Positions 24,596-33,045 are shown, counted from the stretch's first letter. The stretch is 41,034 bases of DNA from Candidatus Microgenomates bacterium (GCA_012797935.1 JAAZOC010000052.1:1-41034), one strand, 5' to 3'. Notes: generated from the sequence alone by a model not told the origin. Program-made: numbers and translations.

Positions 24596-26119
24596 ATGGA
24601 TACATTATTTGTTATCCTGGTATCAGTCTTGTTAACTGCTTCTGCGGCTTTTCTTTTGCTTAAATTCGTTTTCCACTGGGTAGATATTAAAAATATTCCA
24701 GCTAAGGAAATAGAAGAGGCAGCAAAGAAAATCATGAGAGAAAAGTTTGACACTGCTGAGCAGGAAGTTTTCGAGTTAAAAGAAAGAGAAGAGAAGAGAT
24801 TGAAGGAGATGAGGAGGGAAAGTACTGAGCATGAGGAGATATTGATAGAAAGAGAAAGGAAGCTTAACAAGAGATCTAAGCTTTTGGACGAAAAGAGTGA
24901 AGAATTAGAAGCTCAAGATTCTCAATTAAAAGAGGGTTTTAAAAGATTGGAGAATGAAAGAGTTGAGTTGAAGAAAGCATTAGAAAAAATTTCGGGTCTT
25001 TCAAGAGATGAAGCTAAAGAAAAGTTAATGAAGGAAATAGATCAAGATTTAAGAGAGTATGAAGCTAAGAAGATTAGAGAGGCTGAGAAAAACATCGAAT
25101 CAACGGCGGATGAGCAGGCTCAAAAGATTCTTGTAGAATCAATGCAAAGAGTTGCTACTGATTATGTCGGCGAAACTACTACAAAGGTTATAAAGGTAGA
25201 AGATGATAAGGTTAAGGGTAGAGTTATTGGTAGAGAAGGTCGAAATATTAGATCTTTTGAACAAATAACTGGTGTTGATGTTATTGTTGATGAATCACCA
25301 GATGCTATTGCACTCTCATCTTTTGATCCTTTGAGAAGAGAAATTGCATATGTTGCAATGACAAAATTAATTGCTGACGGCCGTATTCATCCAGGTTCTA
25401 TTGAAGAATCTGTTAGAAAAGCTAAGAATGAAATCTCACAAGAGATTAAGAAAAATGGTCAAATATTGGCAGATGAAGCTGGTTGGCCAGATCTTGATAT
25501 TGGTTTGATGAAGTTAATTGGAAAGATGAAGTATAGAACTAGCTATGGTCAGTCACTTATGTCTCACACAATCGAGGTAATTAGACTTGCAGAAGTACTA
25601 GCTACTGAGATTGGTGCTGATACTCAATTGGCTAAGAGAGCTGCACTTTTACATGATGTTGGTAAAGTTCTTTCACACAAAGTTGATAGTCCTCACCACC
25701 ATATCTCCGGTCAGATTGCTAGAAAATATATGCTTGATGACAAATTGGTCAATGCTATTGAGGCACATCACTTAGATATAGAGCCACAGAGCCCAGAAGC
25801 AGTTGTAGTGTATCTTGCAGATGCAATATCAGGTTCTAGACCTGGAGCAAGAAAAGATAGCTACGAGCAGTATGTACAAAGAATAGAAGGTATCGAAGGA
25901 GCTGCAAAAGAAATAGGTGGCGATAAAGTAGATGAAGTCTTTGCTATCAAAGCTGGAAGAGAAGTAAGAATCATTGTTAAACCTACAATGGTTTCTGATG
26001 ACGAAGCTAAGGTTATGGCAAAAGACATTGCACAGGAAATTGAGAAGAAACAAAATTATCCTGGCAATGTTGAGGTTACTGTTATTAGAGAAACAAGAGC
26101 TGTAGAAGTAGCAAAATAG
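24596..26119 (+). CDS. rny: Ribonuclease Y
   Basis: N-terminal TM helix followed by a long coiled coil. The KH segment is GRVIGREGRNIRSFEQITGVDVIVDE. The HD domain reads LLHDVGK...EAHH. Confidence 0.93.
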   Translation: MDTLFVILVSVLLTASAAFLLLKFVFHWVDIKNIPAKEIEEAAKKIMREKFDTAEQEVFELKEREEKRLKEMRRESTEHEEILIERERKLNKRSKLLDEKSEELEAQDSQLKEGFKRLENERVELKKALEKISGLSRDEAKEKLMKEIDQDLREYEAKKIREAEKNIESTADEQAQKILVESMQRVATDYVGETTTKVIKVEDDKVKGRVIGREGRNIRSFEQITGVDVIVDESPDAIALSSFDPLRREIAYVAMTKLIADGRIHPGSIEESVRKAKNEISQEIKKNGQILADEAGWPDLDIGLMKLIGKMKYRTSYGQSLMSHTIEVIRLAEVLATEIGADTQLAKRAALLHDVGKVLSHKVDSPHHHISGQIARKYMLDDKLVNAIEAHHLDIEPQSPEAVVVYLADAISGSRPGARKDSYEQYVQRIEGIEGAAKEIGGDKVDEVFAIKAGREVRIIVKPTMVSDDEAKVMAKDIAQEIEKKQNYPGNVEVTVIRETRAVEVAK

Positions 26120-26155
26120 GATAATACCTTTTGTCTTCTAGTAATTCTTGCTATG

Positions 26156-26190
26156 GGGGAGTTCTAAATTGTAGAGCTCCCCTTTCTTTT
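26156..26190 (+). terminator. Rho-independent terminator after rny
   Basis: 9-bp stem ggggagttc / gagctcccc with one G-U pair and a 9-nt loop, followed by tttctttt. Confidence 0.75.
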
Positions 26191-26359
26191 CTTGTATTGA
26201 ATTTCATCAAGAAAGAAGTTTTAACGAAGATTCCTTCAAATTGCTTATTTGTGTTGGTAGATTGATATTTCTGAAGACTCTGTATTAACTCTTGCTGTTA
26301 CTTAATCTAATTCTGTTTAAATTTTGAATACATTAAGATGTGTTGAGATATCAAACTTT

Positions 26360-26387
26360 TTGAACATTCGTCTCCTCGTCCTATAAT
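26360..26387 (+). promoter_or_regulatory. Sigma-70-like promoter upstream of hup
   Basis: TTGAAC (26360-26365), a 16-nt spacer, then TATAAT (26382-26387). It implies a leader of about 110 nt. Confidence 0.45.
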
Positions 26388-26490
26388 AAATTAGTATCTT
26401 GACGATTTCTTTACTTTCCAATATTTTAGAAGTGGATATACGCAGATTTCTTTTCTAGAAAAAGATATTTGAGTATGTATCACTTAAAGA

Positions 26491-26497
26491 AAGGAGG
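26491..26497 (+). promoter_or_regulatory. Strong Shine-Dalgarno (AAGGAGG) for hup
   Basis: The context is aaaggagg, followed by 9 nt and then the ATG at 26507. It is the only full SD I saw in the window. Confidence 0.7.
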
Positions 26498-26506
26498 TTA
26501 CACACA

Positions 26507-26776
26507 ATGTTAAAGAAAGATTTAATCGAGAAAATTGCAGCAGTTGGTCTTACTAAGAAGCAAGCTGGAGAAGCATTGGAGGCTGTTTTAGAAGCAGTTT
26601 CTGATTCTTTGAAAGCTGGTGAACCTGTATTATTGACAGGTTTTGGTAAATTTGAAGTAAGAACAAGAGCAGCAAGAACAGGAATCAATCCTAAAACTCT
26701 TGCTAAGATAAAGTTACCAGCTACAAAAGTTCCTGCATTCAAACCAGGAAAAGCTTTGAAAGCTGTTGTTAAGTAA
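26507..26776 (+). CDS. hup: HU-family DNA-binding protein
   Basis: 89 aa with LTGFGKFEVRTRAARTGINPKT...KLPATKVPAFKPGKALK. Confidence 0.95.
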   Translation: MLKKDLIEKIAAVGLTKKQAGEALEAVLEAVSDSLKAGEPVLLTGFGKFEVRTRAARTGINPKTLAKIKLPATKVPAFKPGKALKAVVK

Positions 26777-26816
26777 TTAACTGCCAGTATTTCTTTGTAG
26801 AAAAGAAATAAGCAAC

Positions 26817-26846
26817 GAAAAGGACCATAACGGTCCTTTTCTGTTT
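26817..26846 (+). terminator. Rho-independent terminator after hup
   Basis: 10-bp stem gaaaaggacc / ggtccttttc with a 5-nt loop, then tgttt. Confidence 0.7.
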
Positions 26847-26883
26847 ACTAATACAAAGAAATATTCTAAACTATACAAGCGAA

Positions 26884-28299
26884 ATGATAAAAAACTGCTT
26901 AATCCCTAACAAAAGAAATAAATTCAAACCATATTTGCTAAGAAAGATTGCAATTCTTTGTTATTCATTGGTCTTGGTTTTTGTTAATAGCTTTGGTGGA
27001 TTTTTAGGCATAGATCAAGCAAAGGCAAGTTCAATAAGTTCTGCAAATATAATTGCATTAACTAACCAAGAAAGAAGTTCTCAAGGATTGAATACTCTCA
27101 ATAATAATTCACAACTTGCTGCAGCTGCTTTAGCGAAAGCTAACGATATGTTTGAGAAACAGTATTGGGATCATTTTGGTCCAAATGGAGAAACTCCATG
27201 GCAATTCATTAGGGCTGCTGGATATAACTATGTATATGCCGGTGAGAACCTCGCTAAGGGCTTCCAGACAGCAGAAGGAGTGCATGAGGCTTGGATGGCA
27301 AGCCCAACACATAAAGCGAATCTACTGAGTCCAAATTACAAAGATATAGGTGTTGCTGTTGTTGAAGGTGTACTCTTAGGTAAACAGACTATTCTTGTTG
27401 TACAAATGTTTGGTAATTTAACAAATGATGTATACAAAGCAACGGCACCTGTGAAGGAAGAAGAAAGTGTTAAACAATCGACAACAGAAAGTTCTTCTGG
27501 AAAAGTTGTTGTTAACAAAGAACAAGGTGAAATAAAGAGCATTAGAATAACATCTCCTAAAAAAGATTCTGTAGTATCGGATCCATCATCTGTGGTAAAA
27601 GGTGAGGTTAAGAATGTTGAAGGTGAATATTCTGTAAATATTATTGAAGGAGAAAATGTAGTTGGAAGTACGACTTCAAATGGAGATACTTGGGAAATGA
27701 AAAAAGAATCAGACTGGAGTGAAGGTAAACATAAAATACAGGCAAGCATAAAAGGTACATCAGTTATTTCTGATAAAGTATCTTTCACAGTAGATTCAAA
27801 AGCACCAACTGCTACAAAGGAAAGTATACAAGTTGCGAAGGGAGATTCGGGTTATACAGTTTCTTTCACTGTTGATGGTGATTGGGAGAAAATGAGTGTA
27901 ATTGCTGGATCAGAAATTATAGATGTTGAATATGAATTAAATGAAGAAACAAAAGTTATTACAGTTAATCTTAGTGATGAACAAGTAAAGGGTGCTGTAT
28001 CGTTGGTTCTTGCTGATTCATATGGTAATACTTCACAACTGGATATTTCTGAATATTTTGCAGAGAAGGATGATACAAAACAAAATACCTCTATATTCCC
28101 AATCTTAAGTCTTAACCTTTGTGACAAGATTAGTATAGGAATAGTATCTTTTGTATTTATATTACTTTGTATAGAAATATTTGTTTACTGGAGAAAAGGT
28201 AAACTCAAAGATGCAATAGGTGATTTATTTACTATTGGTCTATGGTGGTTTGTACTTACAATTGCTATCTTTAATGGATTTAATGGATCTATCACCTAA
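26884..28299 (+). CDS. Membrane-anchored CAP/SCP (YkwD-like) domain protein with Ig-like repeats
   Basis: N-terminal TM or signal segment. The CAP region reads LTNQERSSQGL..L..N.QLAAAALAKANDM....YWDHFGPNGE...GENLAKGF......HEAWMASPTHKANLL...YKDIGVAV. It is followed by beta-rich repeats and two C-terminal TM helices. Confidence 0.75.
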   Translation: MIKNCLIPNKRNKFKPYLLRKIAILCYSLVLVFVNSFGGFLGIDQAKASSISSANIIALTNQERSSQGLNTLNNNSQLAAAALAKANDMFEKQYWDHFGPNGETPWQFIRAAGYNYVYAGENLAKGFQTAEGVHEAWMASPTHKANLLSPNYKDIGVAVVEGVLLGKQTILVVQMFGNLTNDVYKATAPVKEEESVKQSTTESSSGKVVVNKEQGEIKSIRITSPKKDSVVSDPSSVVKGEVKNVEGEYSVNIIEGENVVGSTTSNGDTWEMKKESDWSEGKHKIQASIKGTSVISDKVSFTVDSKAPTATKESIQVAKGDSGYTVSFTVDGDWEKMSVIAGSEIIDVEYELNEETKVITVNLSDEQVKGAVSLVLADSYGNTSQLDISEYFAEKDDTKQNTSIFPILSLNLCDKISIGIVSFVFILLCIEIFVYWRKGKLKDAIGDLFTIGLWWFVLTIAIFNGFNGSIT

Positions 28300-29097
28300 A
28301 TGAAACAATACAGATTAAAGGTAAAAAATGACATACTATATCTTTTTCTTTTACTTTTGGTAACTGAGATTTTCTATTTTTCAGTTCTGAAAACTGCACC
28401 AAACATTCTTTTAACAATAGGAAGTTTGGGTGTACTTTTATTAGAAACATGGTTTGTTAGAGTTTTTTCTATGTATTCTGGTAAAAAAATATCACAGTAT
28501 AGTGAAGTGATAGCTAGAATATCTTTGAAAGAAAGATTCTTCGCATATTTTGTTTTACCAGCAATCTTCTATGTCTCTTTACTTGTCTTTCTTTTCTTTA
28601 CAAGGAATGAAATACTTGGTCAGACTGTACTTGGTGTCTGTATGGTTTTGTTTTTAGTCCTTTTCTTAAATGTAAAAAGCTCTTTAAACAAATATTATTC
28701 GTTAGAAGTTGCTACTAAAGCAATATTTGATTTCATTTGTATAACAATATATTACCTTCTCTTAAATTCGTTCTTGAGATTTGGTTTCTCAATCTGGGAA
28801 TATTCTATCCTTAGTGTAATATCTTCCTTAATACTCTTTGTTTTTGTGTTGAAAATACATGACAGGATTGGACTATTGGAATTCTTTGTATCTTTCCTAA
28901 GTTCTATAAGTATTACAGTTTTAATGTATATATTCTGGAATACAAATGTATTTGTAATACCAGCGATAGGTGCATTGCTTTTCTACCTTGTAATTTCTGT
29001 GTGGAATATTAGATTTAGTGGAAGTACAAAGTTTACAGATTACATCGTACCTTTTTTGTATGTCTTAATTTCTGTTATTTTAATTTTTACTCTTTAG
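28300..29097 (+). CDS. Polytopic membrane protein of unknown function
   Basis: 265 aa with about 8 hydrophobic helices. Its ATG directly abuts the upstream TAA (taaATG). I recognise no motif. Confidence 0.6.
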   Translation: MKQYRLKVKNDILYLFLLLLVTEIFYFSVLKTAPNILLTIGSLGVLLLETWFVRVFSMYSGKKISQYSEVIARISLKERFFAYFVLPAIFYVSLLVFLFFTRNEILGQTVLGVCMVLFLVLFLNVKSSLNKYYSLEVATKAIFDFICITIYYLLLNSFLRFGFSIWEYSILSVISSLILFVFVLKIHDRIGLLEFFVSFLSSISITVLMYIFWNTNVFVIPAIGALLFYLVISVWNIRFSGSTKFTDYIVPFLYVLISVILIFTL

Positions 29098-29098
29098 T

Positions 29099-29800
29099 AT
29101 GGAAAAAAGAATAGTAATGAAGATAGGGGGTTCTGTATTGTATGACAAATTTTTAAATATCAATTATGAACTATTGGACAAAGTGAGGGATTGGTACAAG
29201 GAATCTAAAGAAGAGTATGAGAAAATTGTATTGATAATCGGTGGTGGTGCTCTCTCAAGAGATATGCAGGGTAGAATTAAAGAAGATATGGATCAGGAAT
29301 ATCTTCATAATATTGGTATGACCGTTACTCAAACAAATGCAGCTCTTTTACAAGGTTTTCTTAATGATACTGATGTTTTTGTCCCAAATACATTGGGAGA
29401 AGCTTTTGAATATTTAGTAGAAGATGGGAAAAAAGTATTACTAAGTGGCGGTCTTAAGTCAGGTTGGAGTACAGATATGGACGCTGCTGTATTTGCTGAC
29501 ATAATTTCTGTTGACAGAATCTTTAAACTATCCGATATAAATTATGTCTACGACAAAGATCCAAAGGAATTTGAAGATGCGAAACCATTAAAAGATATTT
29601 CTTGGGGAGATTATTTTTCAATGTTTAATATTACAGATGGAGATGTACATAAAGCAAATGGAAAAATACCAATAGATGTTGGATGTGCACAGTTCTCTAA
29701 AAACAAAGATCTTTCGTTTGTAATTACTGGAGGAGAAAGTCTCTATACAAAGGAAAGTATAAAAGATATCTTAACTGATGGAACTTTTATACATCCCTAG
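29099..29800 (+). CDS. Amino-acid-kinase family protein, probable UMP kinase (short form)
   Basis: Contains VMKIGGSVL...LIIGGGALSRD...GWSTDMDAAVFADIISVDRIFKLSDINYVYDKDP. The substrate assignment is inferred. Confidence 0.6.
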   Translation: MEKRIVMKIGGSVLYDKFLNINYELLDKVRDWYKESKEEYEKIVLIIGGGALSRDMQGRIKEDMDQEYLHNIGMTVTQTNAALLQGFLNDTDVFVPNTLGEAFEYLVEDGKKVLLSGGLKSGWSTDMDAAVFADIISVDRIFKLSDINYVYDKDPKEFEDAKPLKDISWGDYFSMFNITDGDVHKANGKIPIDVGCAQFSKNKDLSFVITGGESLYTKESIKDILTDGTFIHP

Positions 29801-30258
29801 CTAATCTTGTCTAAGATATATGTAGTATCTCCTTTTGGAGTTGAAATAGTTACTTTATCTCCGACTTTTTTGTTAATTACTGCTTGTCCAATAGGGGAAA
29901 GAGATGAGATTTTACCATCTAAAGGATTTGCTTCTTCTTGCCCAACAATTTCATATGTTAGACTTTTCTCTCCCTTTAAGTGTACTGTATCTCCAATGCC
30001 AACTTTGCTCTTGTTTCTATCTTTAATAATAACTGCATTTCTAATCTTTTCTTTTAATTCCAGAATTCTTTCTTCGTTAATATTCTGTTCCTCAATTGCC
30101 ATTGTATATCCATCATTCTCTCTTAAATCGCCCTGATTTCTCATTTCATTCAAGGTTGATGCTATCTTGGATCTCTGATTCTCTTCTCTATCCTTTAACT
30201 CTTCTTTTAGCTTTTCTAACCCTGAGGCAGTGGTTTGGTATTTATTGTTTTCGTCCAT
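29797..30258 (-). CDS. greA: Transcription elongation factor GreA
   Basis: Contains GDLRENDGYTMAIEEQ. The C-terminal domain reads VGIGDTVHL...YEIVG..EANPLDGKISSLSPIGQAV. The track start at 30264 is a TTG, so I prefer the ATG at 30258. Confidence 0.9.
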   Translation of the reverse strand: MDENNKYQTTASGLEKLKEELKDREENQRSKIASTLNEMRNQGDLRENDGYTMAIEEQNINEERILELKEKIRNAVIIKDRNKSKVGIGDTVHLKGEKSLTYEIVGQEEANPLDGKISSLSPIGQAVINKKVGDKVTISTPKGDTTYILDKIS

Positions 30259-30363
30259 TTCCAAACCTTAGATTAACTTAAATGCGAGAGATAATATATT
30301 CTGTATAACAGAATGTCAAATATATTAGAACCTGTCGTAACTGTTCTAAATAGCTGTGTTATA

Positions 30364-30372
30364 TGGTAAAAT
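30364..30372 (+). promoter_or_regulatory. Possible extended -10 (TGgTAAAAT) for tRNA-Glu and trmD
   Basis: The motif ends 14 nt before tRNA base 1. Confidence 0.4.
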
Positions 30373-30386
30373 CTCTTCCTATATAT

Positions 30387-30461
30387 GCCGCTATCGTCTA
30401 ACGGTTAGGACACAGGATTCTCAATCCTGCAATCGGGGTCCGATTCCCCGTAGCGGTACCA
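30387..30461 (+). tRNA. tRNA-Glu (anticodon CTC), CCA encoded
   Basis: Hand-folded cloverleaf. Acceptor gccgcta/tagcggt, D arm gtct-aacggtta-ggac, anticodon arm cagga-ttCTCaa-tcctg. The variable loop is 4 nt and the T arm is cgggg-tccgatt-ccccg. The discriminator is A, followed by CCA. Confidence 0.85.
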
Positions 30462-30470
30462 TTTACAAAT

Positions 30471-31115
30471 ATGAAATTCGATATAATTACAATATTTCCA
30501 AACATCGTTGAAGAGTACATTAATACTGGTATTGTTAGTAAGGCTTTGAAAAAAGGTATTGTAGAAATAAATGTACACGATTTAAGAAAATGGACTTCTG
30601 ATAATCACAAGACAGTAGATGATACCCCATATGGTGGTGGTCCAGGTATGATTATGAAAATAGAGCCAATATTTAAGGCTATACAAGAACTGAAAAAAGA
30701 AAATACAATTGTTGCAATAACAACACCAAAAGGAGAAAAATTAGTACAGAGTAAACTAAAAGATTTTTCACTTAACCAAGATCTTCACATGATTATACTT
30801 TGTGGAAGATATGAAGGATTTGATCAAAGAATACATGACAATTTAGTAGACTATGAATTCTCAATAGGCGACTATGTACTTTCTGGTGGAGAATTGCCTG
30901 CATTAGTATTGGTTGACGGTATTACAAGACTACTTCCAGGAGTCTTAGGTAATGAAGATTCTTTGAAAGATGAAAGTTTTAATGACGATAGTTTGGAGTA
31001 TCCTCAATATACAAAACCAGAGGAATTTAATGGGTGGAAAGTACCAAAAGTTCTTCTTTCGGGTAATCACAAAGAGATTTTTGAGTACAGACAAAAAAAC
31101 AAAAAAATTGTATAA
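30471..31115 (+). CDS. trmD: tRNA (guanine37-N1)-methyltransferase
   Basis: Contains MKFDIITIFPNIVEEY...DDTPYGGGPGMIMKIEP...LCGRYEGFDQR...SIGDYVLSGGELPA. Confidence 0.95.
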   Translation: MKFDIITIFPNIVEEYINTGIVSKALKKGIVEINVHDLRKWTSDNHKTVDDTPYGGGPGMIMKIEPIFKAIQELKKENTIVAITTPKGEKLVQSKLKDFSLNQDLHMIILCGRYEGFDQRIHDNLVDYEFSIGDYVLSGGELPALVLVDGITRLLPGVLGNEDSLKDESFNDDSLEYPQYTKPEEFNGWKVPKVLLSGNHKEIFEYRQKNKKIV

Positions 31116-31180
31116 TTGTTCATAGTTCAAATATAACAAAGCCCCAATTATTATTTCCTTTTAATTTTAAAACAATAAAG

Positions 31181-31645
31181 ATGAAAGAAAAAATTGTATT
31201 GACTAAAGGTAAAATTGAAGAATTGGAAAAGGAGTTGAAACTCTTGGAAGGAACAAAGAGAAAAGAGCTTGGAAAGACATTGGAGCAGGCTAGATTGAGT
31301 GATGTAAGTGAAGATACTGATGCTGTCATTGCTGTTATGGGTGATATTGAGAAGGTAGATTTGAGAATAGCAGAAATTAAAGATATTCTTGAAAATGCTG
31401 AGGTTCTAAGTAAAAAAGGTTGCTCAGTAAATAAAGTACAGGTTGGTTCTGAAGTAAAAGTAAAAGTTGGAAACAAGACATTATCTTTTAATATCGTTTC
31501 TGAGGTTGAATCAGATCCTTCTGCAAACAAGATATCCGATAATTCTCCTCTAGGGAAAGCTTTGTTAAAAGCTAAAAAGGGTGATTCTGTAAAACTTCAA
31601 ATTGATGGAAGGGATGTTGAATACAAAGTAATGGATATTTGTTAA
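31181..31645 (+). CDS. GreA/GreB-family paralog (divergent N-terminal coiled coil)
   Basis: The C-terminal domain VQVGSEVKV...FNIVSEVESDPSANKISDNSPLGKALL parallels greA. The N-terminal tip reads SDVSEDTDAVIAV rather than GDLxEN.xY. Confidence 0.75.
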   Translation: MKEKIVLTKGKIEELEKELKLLEGTKRKELGKTLEQARLSDVSEDTDAVIAVMGDIEKVDLRIAEIKDILENAEVLSKKGCSVNKVQVGSEVKVKVGNKTLSFNIVSEVESDPSANKISDNSPLGKALLKAKKGDSVKLQIDGRDVEYKVMDIC

Positions 31646-32934
31646 GCAATTGCTTCGCTTAAATCTTCAATTTTAACTCTTTCCTGTTTCATTGTATCTC
31701 TGTCTCTTACTGTTACAGTACCATTCTCTAATGTATCGTAATCAACAGTAATACAGTATGGTGTGCCAATCTCGTCCTGATATCTATATCTCTTTCCAAT
31801 ATTTCCTCTAGAATCCCAAAGTACTTTGTAATCATCACTTAACATTCCAAATACTTCTCTAGCTTTCTTCACGATCTCTTCTTTGTTTGAAACAAGAGGG
31901 AATACTGCAGCTCTGTATGCAGCAATATCTTTGTGTATCCTTAATACAGTTCTTACATCACCATTATCTAACTGCTCTTCGTCGTATGCATCAAGTAGTA
32001 GGAACAAGAATGTTCTGTCTACACCTCCTGAAGTTTCTACAATATTTGGAATATATTTTTCTCCAGTCATAGGGTCTGTATATGAAAGATCTTTTCCAGA
32101 GAAAGTACTATGTTGTGTTAAATCGTAATCACCTCTCCAATGAATACCTTCTGCTTCTGCCCATCCCCAAGGAGCTAAATATTCAATATCGTATGCATCT
32201 TTAGCGTAGAAAACTAATTTCTCTTTTGGATGTTGATGGAATCTCAAACTCTCTTGATTCCTAAATAATCCTTTGTAGAATTTCATTCTTTCTTCTTTCC
32301 AGTATTCAAAACTCTTTTGCATATCCTCTGGTTTTACAAAGTACTGAAGATCCCATTGCTCAAACTCTCTTGTCCTAAATGTGAATTTGTTTGGAGTAAT
32401 CTCATTTCTAAATGCTTTACCAATCTGTGCTATACCGAAAGGAATCTGTTGTCTTGTAGAATCAACAACATTCTTGAAATCAAGATATATTGTTTGACAT
32501 GCTTCACCTCTCAAATATGCAGGCATCTTCTCACCTTCAATAACACCAATCTCTGTATTAAACAAAATATTGTATTTTCTAGCTTCTGTGAAATCTGAGG
32601 AACCACACTTTGGACATTTCCCATCTATATCTTCAGGTCTAAATCTAGCATGACACTTCTTACATTCCATAGCTTCATCTGCAAAACCTTTTACATGCCC
32701 AGAAGCCTCCCAAACCTTTGGATGTGTGATAATTGTTCCATCAATACCTACTACATTCTCTCTCTTGTCTACCATATATTTCCACCAATACTTCTTGTAG
32801 TTATTCTTCATTTCTACACCAACTGGACCATAATCGTAAAAACCACCAATCCCTCCATATATCTCTGAATTAGGGAATATGATACCTCTTCTTTTACATA
32901 ATGATGCGATTTTTTCTAGTGTTACTTCTGACAT
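31642..32934 (-). CDS. glyQS: Glycine--tRNA ligase (single-chain, dimeric type)
   Basis: Contains RRGIIFPNSEIYGGIGGFYDYGPVGVEMKNN and class II motifs. An anticodon-binding C-terminal domain is present. Confidence 0.93.
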   Translation of the reverse strand: MSEVTLEKIASLCKRRGIIFPNSEIYGGIGGFYDYGPVGVEMKNNYKKYWWKYMVDKRENVVGIDGTIITHPKVWEASGHVKGFADEAMECKKCHARFRPEDIDGKCPKCGSSDFTEARKYNILFNTEIGVIEGEKMPAYLRGEACQTIYLDFKNVVDSTRQQIPFGIAQIGKAFRNEITPNKFTFRTREFEQWDLQYFVKPEDMQKSFEYWKEERMKFYKGLFRNQESLRFHQHPKEKLVFYAKDAYDIEYLAPWGWAEAEGIHWRGDYDLTQHSTFSGKDLSYTDPMTGEKYIPNIVETSGGVDRTFLFLLLDAYDEEQLDNGDVRTVLRIHKDIAAYRAAVFPLVSNKEEIVKKAREVFGMLSDDYKVLWDSRGNIGKRYRYQDEIGTPYCITVDYDTLENGTVTVRDRDTMKQERVKIEDLSEAIA

Positions 32935-32940
32935 TTCAAA

Positions 32941-32949
32941 ATTATATCA
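32941..32949 (-). promoter_or_regulatory. Extended -10 (TGaTATAAT) placed 6 nt from the glyQS ATG; probable leaderless mRNA
   Basis: The minus strand reads ttgTGaTATAATtttgaaATG. A start 7 nt after the hexamer would be the A of the ATG at 32934. No SD is present. Confidence 0.5.
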
Positions 32950-33007
32950 CAACACAATGCTTTTGTTGTTTTAAATATTTTTTTACAAAAGAGTATGAAT
33001 ATACTTG

Positions 33008-33016
33008 TGATATAAT
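33008..33016 (+). promoter_or_regulatory. Extended -10 (TGaTATAAT) for lysS
   Basis: The sequence reads ttgTGaTATAATt. The same 13-mer occurs upstream of glyQS in inverted orientation. It lies 29 nt before the lysS ATG. Confidence 0.5.
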
Positions 33017-33045
33017 TGAAAAGTTTAAGATTTAACAGTACCTAA

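Noticed and set aside
24589-24870. 93-aa minus-strand ORF overlapping the 5' end of rny.
   Set aside because: It is antisense to the RNase Y N-terminal TM and coiled-coil region. The translation is serine/leucine-rich and low-complexity.
26455-26742. 95-aa minus-strand ORF overlapping hup.
   Set aside because: It is antisense to a clear HU gene that has its own promoter, SD and terminator. There are no supporting signals.
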